Source of the DNA: Ginkgo biloba
Lineage: Eukaryota > Plantae > Ginkgophyta
Reading direction: 5' to 3'
Assembly (NCBI GenBank): GCA_024626585.2
Contig: JANKJI020000004.1
Span: 48,418,540 to 48,434,939 of the forward strand
DNA: 16,400 bases
Positions within the stretch are counted from its first letter, which is position 1. Every line of letters starts with the position of its first letter. The notes below the pieces were generated by a model. That model was not told where the DNA came from, ran no database searches, and saw only the letters and a program-made list of their open reading frames with translations. Shown one piece after another: positions 9,966-16,400 of this stretch. The position numbers were made by a program, and so were the translations under genes.

Positions 9966-12325
9966 TAAGGCTAGTTATGTATAATAATCTTAAGGTAAGA
10001 GTTCTAAACTTTAATGGGTGAGATTGATTCTTATTCATATATAAGAGAGAAAGGGGTGAAGTTAATCATAAACTTGATAGTCGTGTGATAATCCTATAGT
10101 ATTGAGTGAATCTTAAGGTGCCTACCCATTTCATGCTCATTAATAATTCATAGAATATGTTTTTGAGCACTTTACTCAATGATTTAATTTTTCCATTATC
10201 AAGAGGATCTTATATAGTTTATACCTAGCTTATTGTTCAACTCACATATCCTCTAATTTATGAAGTGTAATCCCCCTATCTAAAAAAATTATTGCTGGTA
10301 TATTAACTCTCTATATTATTTACTTGAAGAATATAATGCAATGGTTTTGTAATTTACCTTAAATATTGACATAGTCTTATCCCACTTGGTACAATAATCA
10401 ATGGTTATTGTGATGTACTTATGTTATGAACTAGAAGGGGGATTAAAATCACTAGCAAAGTCGATTTCCAATTTGTTAAAGGGATGGATACAACTTGATG
10501 TATTAAGGGCATTAGAGGGGGAAATTGCCTATTGATAAATTGTTGACAAATATAAAAACATTTGATGGACTCATAAAAATCCCTAAATATGGCCGATTAG
10601 AAATATCCATCCCTGATAATCTTAGATATAATAGTGTTTATAGAATAATTCCCTCTATATACCTTAGAATGACACTCACTAAGCACTAATTTAGATTTAA
10701 TTTTAGTCATACATCTCAAGAGAACATCCATATAAGACCTTTTATAGAGTGTATTATTAAGGATGGCATATTTAAGTGCTTGAAACCTAATCCTTCTTTT
10801 ATTTTTATTACTTGGGATAGGATAATAGGATATGGTGTTGCGGTATCAAAATTATATCTCTATATTGAGGGTCGTATTAGGAGATCAAGAAGATATATCT
10901 ATCTAAAAAGGAAGTATCTACCCCTAAGTAATTTAACCCATCATGAATTGGGTTTGTTATGATTCGTATAAAATCTAGACCCTTTATTAGTTTTTAGGTT
11001 ATAGAATTATAATTTGACTTCTTGAATTAGTACCACTAATCTACCTACTTTCCCTTTTAGCTTGATTTTTCTAGTAGGTGCTTAAGGGGTTAGGACTAAA
11101 CCATGACTTTGGTATGACTACAAAGGAGGTAATGCCATAACTTCTTTATTGCATGGGATATGGATGCACACTTCTTTTTAATGTTTTATACTTTATTTCA
11201 TATTTAGTTTGGATTTTACTAAGGTATTAGAAGGGATGTTAAGGTCCATTATGATCTAATTTTATAAGATTGACTCCTAAATACATGTAGGCTACTAAAC
11301 TATAAAGGATAAAATCTTTATAAAAATTAGAATCCATCAAGACTAGGGAAGAAGTCAAAGCATTTTTAAGAGTTTGAAAAGCCTTTTAAATTTTGAGTCC
11401 CCATTGAAAGATCGTTTCCTTTAGAAGTAACCTATATAAGAGTAAGTTATTCCATTGCCATTCTTACTAACCCTTATTAATATGCAATTTTTCCTAGGAA
11501 TTCCTTAATTTTGGTAGTGCTTTTAAAAGGGGAGAAGTTAATTATTGCAACTATTCTATTAGGTTTAATATGGATACCTTAGTCAGAATTGGGATTCTAT
11601 CAAATTAAATAATGAATAAATACTTCATGGGATTTAGGTTGATGTGGTATAGTCGAAGTATTTCTAAAATATATCATAGATCTTTAAAATATCTTTTTCT
11701 AGAGTCAAACCTAATGGAAAGATCATCTAAGAAAATATTGATGCTCTAATGAAGAATATTGTAGAATGCTTAGGTCAAAAACTTTTTGTAGGTGGCCTTA
11801 CATTTTTAAGTTTGAAGGGAATTACCTTATAGGAAAAGGTACCCCATGGGGTGGTGAAGGCAATTTTCTAATAGTATTCATAAGGAAATATGTTTTGGTT
11901 ACATCCCAAAAATCCATCCATGGGGTATATGATATATGCACCCACGATGTAATCAATAATTTGGTCTATGAAAGATGTCGAGAAGTTATCATTTTAGAAA
12001 TCCTTATTAAGTTCCCTAAAGTCTATGCAAATATAAATCTTTCTATTTTTATTAAGAACTAATACCATATTTGCTACCCAATCTGTATAATGGATGAAAA
12101 AAGAAGAAGTTAGTATCTAATAATTTTTAGACTTCTATTTTAATAGATTCCATGATTACGAAAGTGGAAGGCTTTTTACTTTTGTCGAATATATTTAAAA
12201 TCAAATTTTGTCTCTATGGTATGTAGGATGAAGGTCATATATATCTCAAGTATTTATTCATATGTCTATGTAAACACATCCCTAAACTCCTTAATAGGAG
12301 AAGGTACTTCTCTTATTCCTTTCAA
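9966..12325 (-). mobile_element. Highly degraded Ty3/Gypsy (non-chromovirus, Athila/Tat-like) pol remnant: RT, RNase H, integrase
   Basis: Manual translation of the minus strand gives KEFRDVFT, DWVANMVLV, ICIDFRELNK (12032-12003), FTTPWGT (11858-11838), FLDDL (11733-11719, YxDD site), LNPMKYLF, HAIKKLWHYLL (11155-11123, RNase H), LYKRS..VLLRC..LSECH..GYF*..C..CQ (integrase zinc finger), IDF..NPPSS..HKY..IDYCTKW (10402-10382) and FTPFSLIY (10060-10037). The RT-RH-INT order is diagnostic of Ty3/Gypsy. There are many stops and frameshifts. Confidence 0.92.
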
Positions 12326-12520
12326 ATACAAGGTAAACAATTGAACTTGCACTGAGATAATGATTATATTACGGAACAAAAATGGTTTTGAGATTAATAT
12401 ATAGTTACTAGACTCAGATGATATTATCCAAAGACTCAGTAAAATCAAACTACAAAGACTGAACACAAAATAATCTTTTCTTCTTTAAAAAGTACAAGAC
12501 TCATGATTCAGATGGAAATG

Positions 12521-13674
12521 TTACATCCTCTTTCTGAATATTTCAGCTAGGCTGGAGTTGGTTGGCTCAGCTTGGGCATACCAATCCTTGTAATTGTCAC
12601 CCTCCTGATTGACCTCTTGAACTTCATGTTTGGAGATGGCCTGGTTTCTAAATTCTTCTAATGTAGCAGTGCTCAGCTTCATACCCAATTGTTGGTAGTG
12701 GAGCACAGATCATTAACTAGCCCACTCCATCTATGAATAGCTCATCCACATGGTCACAGAATGCTTGGGTAATCCTTCGCAGTGTCGCTTGAAATTCTCC
12801 ATGCATATCCATGCAAACAAGGGTTCTATCAACCTGGTTTATTGTTTTGTCTTTGACCAAGAATGTTTTCCAGTTTGCATTATTTGGTAGGATGAAAAAC
12901 TTAAGCATACTCCTCTTGGATGTCCCTTCCCACTACTTCGCTGTCTTTTAAGAAGATCATAAGCTGATATTGAGCCCCAAAAGCTGGACCCTACCTCAGT
13001 CACCCACTTCCAATACTCTTCACTAAGAAGATCATAAACTGATATTGAGGCCCAAAAGCTGACCCCTACCTCAGTCATGATTAAAGTGGAAAAACTTTCT
13101 TCTAACCCACTTCCAATACTCTCAGCATATGTCGCATAACCTGCTTGGCAAGTAATAACTCACGTTCAGTAGAAAGCATAGTGCCTTTATCAATTATTGC
13201 TCCAGCCACTTGCCCTTCCGTATCCCACAGGAGAACTACATTGTCCAAGTTCAGATCTTTGAAGAGGCTCTAAATGGGTCTTGCAAAGAAGATGAAAACA
13301 TTCCGGGTGGGTGTCCATTTGCTAGATTCCCCATCCCTTCCTTTATTCATCCTAAACCATGAAGTGCCCTCGACCTTAGAGTCTTCTGGCTCCAAACTCA
13401 TGATTTTCCTCTTTCTGCTTTCTGATGCTGTATCTAGTACATTTCCCCATATTCAGAGTGTTTGTGAAGGCCCCTTCCAGCCAGTAAAGCTAAAAGTATA
13501 TCCCTTTCACATAGCCACCCTTGGTTCCCATAGCACTCATTTGGAAACAATTCTTACCCTTTCTTACTCTCAGACCCGCTGACCCACAGTTGTATTGCAA
13601 TGAAATTACTGAAGGTAATAAGGACCTCATCCTTGATCTCAGTATAAGTGCTTCTCCTTGAGCAAGTGATAGGG
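12521..13674 (-). pseudogene. Decayed unidentified ORF, probably transposon-derived
   Basis: This segment is more GC-rich than its flanks and has long protein-like open stretches (ESRKRKIMSLEPEDSKVEG..., LWDTEGQVAGAIIDKG..ELLLAKQVMRHMLRVLE, EFQATLRRITQAFCDHVDELF, LSTATLEEFRNQAI..DWYAQAEPTNSSLAEIFRKRM*) broken by a few stops and frameshifts. No family was recognised. Confidence 0.5.
12949..13122. repeat. Interleaved duplication A-B-A-C-B
   Basis: A (54 bp, taagaagatcataa...cctacctcagtca) at 12949-13002 and 13024-13077; B (cccacttccaatactct) at 13003-13019 and 13106-13122. Confidence 0.9.
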
Positions 13675-14411
13675 NNNNNNNNNNNNNNNNNNNNNNNNNN
13701 NNNNNNNNNNNNNNNNNNNNNNNNNNNNNNNNNNNNNNNNNNNNNNNNNNNNNNNNNNNNNNNNNNNNNNNNNNCAAAAGTTAAGAAACCTCAACCAACC
13801 CTTAAGAAATGATATCATGAGTGTCTATATAAAGATGGACTAGCGGGATCCTCATAAGAAGGTGATGTGTAAGATAATTTATTATTAATAGACAAGTAGT
13901 ATTTTTAACATTTTTATGATGAAATATGCCCCAATATATCTTCACTTTCTATGAATAAGACTACGACCTCATCATTCTCAAATATATTAAGTATGGGGAT
14001 TACATTCTTAGAATCTATGGCTAAGATTAGGTTAACTGATTTCTCTTTTATTTTTAATTGAGGACCATGTAACAAAAAACCTTCAATCATATACTAAACA
14101 CTAGTTTTGGGCATCTCTAGACAACTAATGGGAGATATAGATAGATATGATGAAAGATAACTTGTTGGATGGTTCTATCACTATTGTCCTTAGGATACCC
14201 TATGAAAAAGGGATATTCTTCTCTATCTTGAATAATTACAATACTAAAATTTCTAAAGTTATATTAAGGGATGGATATAATATTACCGAAATGATGAAAA
14301 TTTAGATTATTTATTAGACAAAGTATGTTGACCAAAATAGGTTATGCTTCTTAAAATTCATGCAAAATGATATGAGACTTACAAATACAACAACATACAT
14401 GTGATCCCTAA

Positions 14412-14482
14412 ACTATATAATAAATATTCCATTCTATAAATCCAAATACATCATAATATACTATTCATAATGTCATAACAAA
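14412..14482 (+). repeat. Dispersed 71-bp direct repeat, copy 1
   Basis: Ungapped match of 62/71 to 16112-16182 (manual alignment). Confidence 0.85.
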
Positions 14483-16111
14483 TACTTTATAATAAATATA
14501 TAATCTATATACTAAAAAATACATGTTCGATTAACCAATACCCCTTATGGAACCTCCCAAAATAAAAAAATAAATTAAATGGTTGAACAAATGATTCTTG
14601 GTGGCAATTATGATGGATTCTTATTGAGAAATGGAATTATTCTAGAAACATTCAGTCTTTGGAAGGATCTAAAAATTACAGTCACAAAGTTATAACAAAT
14701 TATATTTTGCATATGCATTTGAATGTTGTATAATTCAAGTCTTCCTTCTATAAGTAATACTTAAACTGCAATGCAACCAAGTACTTTCTAGATGACATGA
14801 CTAACATACTACAATGGTTTATATTTAAAACAATGTTAATTATTAGTGAGCCTTAACAAATTCAAGAGTAAAATATAAAAAAACATTTTCTTAAGGATGT
14901 GCGAGGAGAAAATTGAGCACATTAACTTAGATATAATCCAAAATGTTAAATGGTTAAAATGTTTAAATAATGAGAAAGAATCATTAAGATCAAAGGGTAA
15001 AGAATTAGAAGCAAAACTTCTATTTTTAGGGAAATTTAACTTAATTTAGAGGAAAAATCATTCCCAGATGTTATGGTATAATCTGTAAATGGTGATTATT
15101 TTCTAGCACATCATTCTATTTTGGTAAATCCCAATTTTATTAATGTCTTTTCTACATTATGATATCGTATATATTTATCAATAGGATTTACCAATTAAAA
15201 GTCTAAATCAATCAAATTTTCTTTTCATTGGTTGTTGTAGCTCAAAAATCTTCAAAGGCATTCAACTTTTTCAAAGTTATGATACTNNNNNTAGGTTAGT
15301 TTTCTTGCATGCAATTAGTTTTCTAATGGTGAAAATTTTGGATTTTTTTTTAATATTTATAGAATTGTGTTGAGTTTCTTTCATTATTTGTAGTGATATT
15401 TGGGTTGGAAATGGATGAGTGGTGGAAAATTCCTTGGTAGTTGTGGGTTGGTTCTTGCAGTTAATAATTCATATAAATATATATTTTTTTATGTTACACC
15501 CTCACTTGTGGTATGCACTTGACCTTGCATAACTTCAAAGGTTGAAGGAATAATATGGAGCACATGCAAGGATAGTAGATGCTCCACACATAGGGGTGTA
15601 TCTCCCTCCAATGAGTAAGTAGATAAGATGAGGAGAGAAGATGTATAGGTAGCTTTATGTATGTTTTGAAGGTCACTATGTAACACAACATAATGTTGAC
15701 AAGGCACATAGTTATTTTAAATGGTAAACTGAACTTAGACAACATAAATTAAATTACAAAGAAGGGTTTATTATATGATAAAAATAATGAGTATTATGTT
15801 ATACTTCTTAGAGTTTGCATGATAAATCTCTTTATGTTTACTTTTTAATGGATTAATTTAATAATATATAATTAAAAAAGATTGCAAATAAATTATTATG
15901 CACCTGGCCTTTAATAGGGTTAAGTGAACAGTTTAAAATCATAGAGATGTGTGTTGTATGTTTTTTTCATAACAAATATTTTAGATGATTTTATTCAATT
16001 TAACTGTGCACGATAACTTCTTCGATAGATATAGAAGAAGTTGCATTGTGAAATACACATAAAAAAAATCCCTTACACGTGGTATTTATTTACCATGGGT
16101 AAAGGACTATT

Positions 16112-16182
16112 ACTATATAATAAATAATCCATTCCACAAATCTAAATACATCATAATCTAATGTTCATAATGTTATAATAAA
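16112..16182 (+). repeat. Dispersed 71-bp direct repeat, copy 2
   Basis: Ungapped match of 62/71 to 14412-14482. Confidence 0.85.
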
Positions 16183-16353
16183 CTCACTTGAGTAAAAAAG
16201 ATAGGTTAAACTATTATTTCATGTATAAATGATAACTTACTAAGAACTTGTCTACATTTTTAATTAATTAATATAGAATATGATCTCTAATACAAATAAT
16301 AGAATTCAAAACTAAGGGATCAATCAATTATCATCAAAAGATAACAATTCATA

Positions 16354-16372
16354 ATATATATATATATATATA
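16354..16372. repeat. (AT)9 microsatellite
   Basis: atatatatatatatatata. Confidence 0.9.
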
Positions 16373-16400
16373 ATTGAGATTTCTTTCAATTAATCAACTA

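Noticed and set aside
14503-14520. Helitron-like 5' end a|TCTATATACTAAAAA
   Set aside because: No matching 3' hairpin-CTRR was found, and such a motif is expected by chance in AT-rich DNA.

Overview
AT-rich, CpG-depleted eukaryotic draft scaffold with 8 N-gaps. It is from a land plant, probably a gymnosperm-type large genome (inference from repeat style and protein sequence). There is one clear host gene: a minus-strand GPR107/GPR108-like 'lung seven-transmembrane receptor' (plant CAND6/CAND7 family), about 8007..6692, with no intron visible in the sequenced part of the CDS. The ORF track splits it only because two gaps are mis-sized. Upstream lie a TATA/CpG-rich promoter and two possible uORFs. 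A perfect splice donor 163 nt after the stop suggests a ~4.4 kb 3'-UTR intron that holds an LTR-like remnant with an L1-box cluster and an antisense decayed exon-intron fragment. Further upstream is an old, degraded Ty3/Gypsy pol (RT-RNaseH-INT, minus strand), next to an unidentified decayed ORF. No prokaryotic system, CRISPR array or RNA gene is supported, and no new system can be demonstrated from this sequence alone. The best leads are the post-transcriptional architecture of the 7TM gene and the cargo in its putative 3'-UTR intron.
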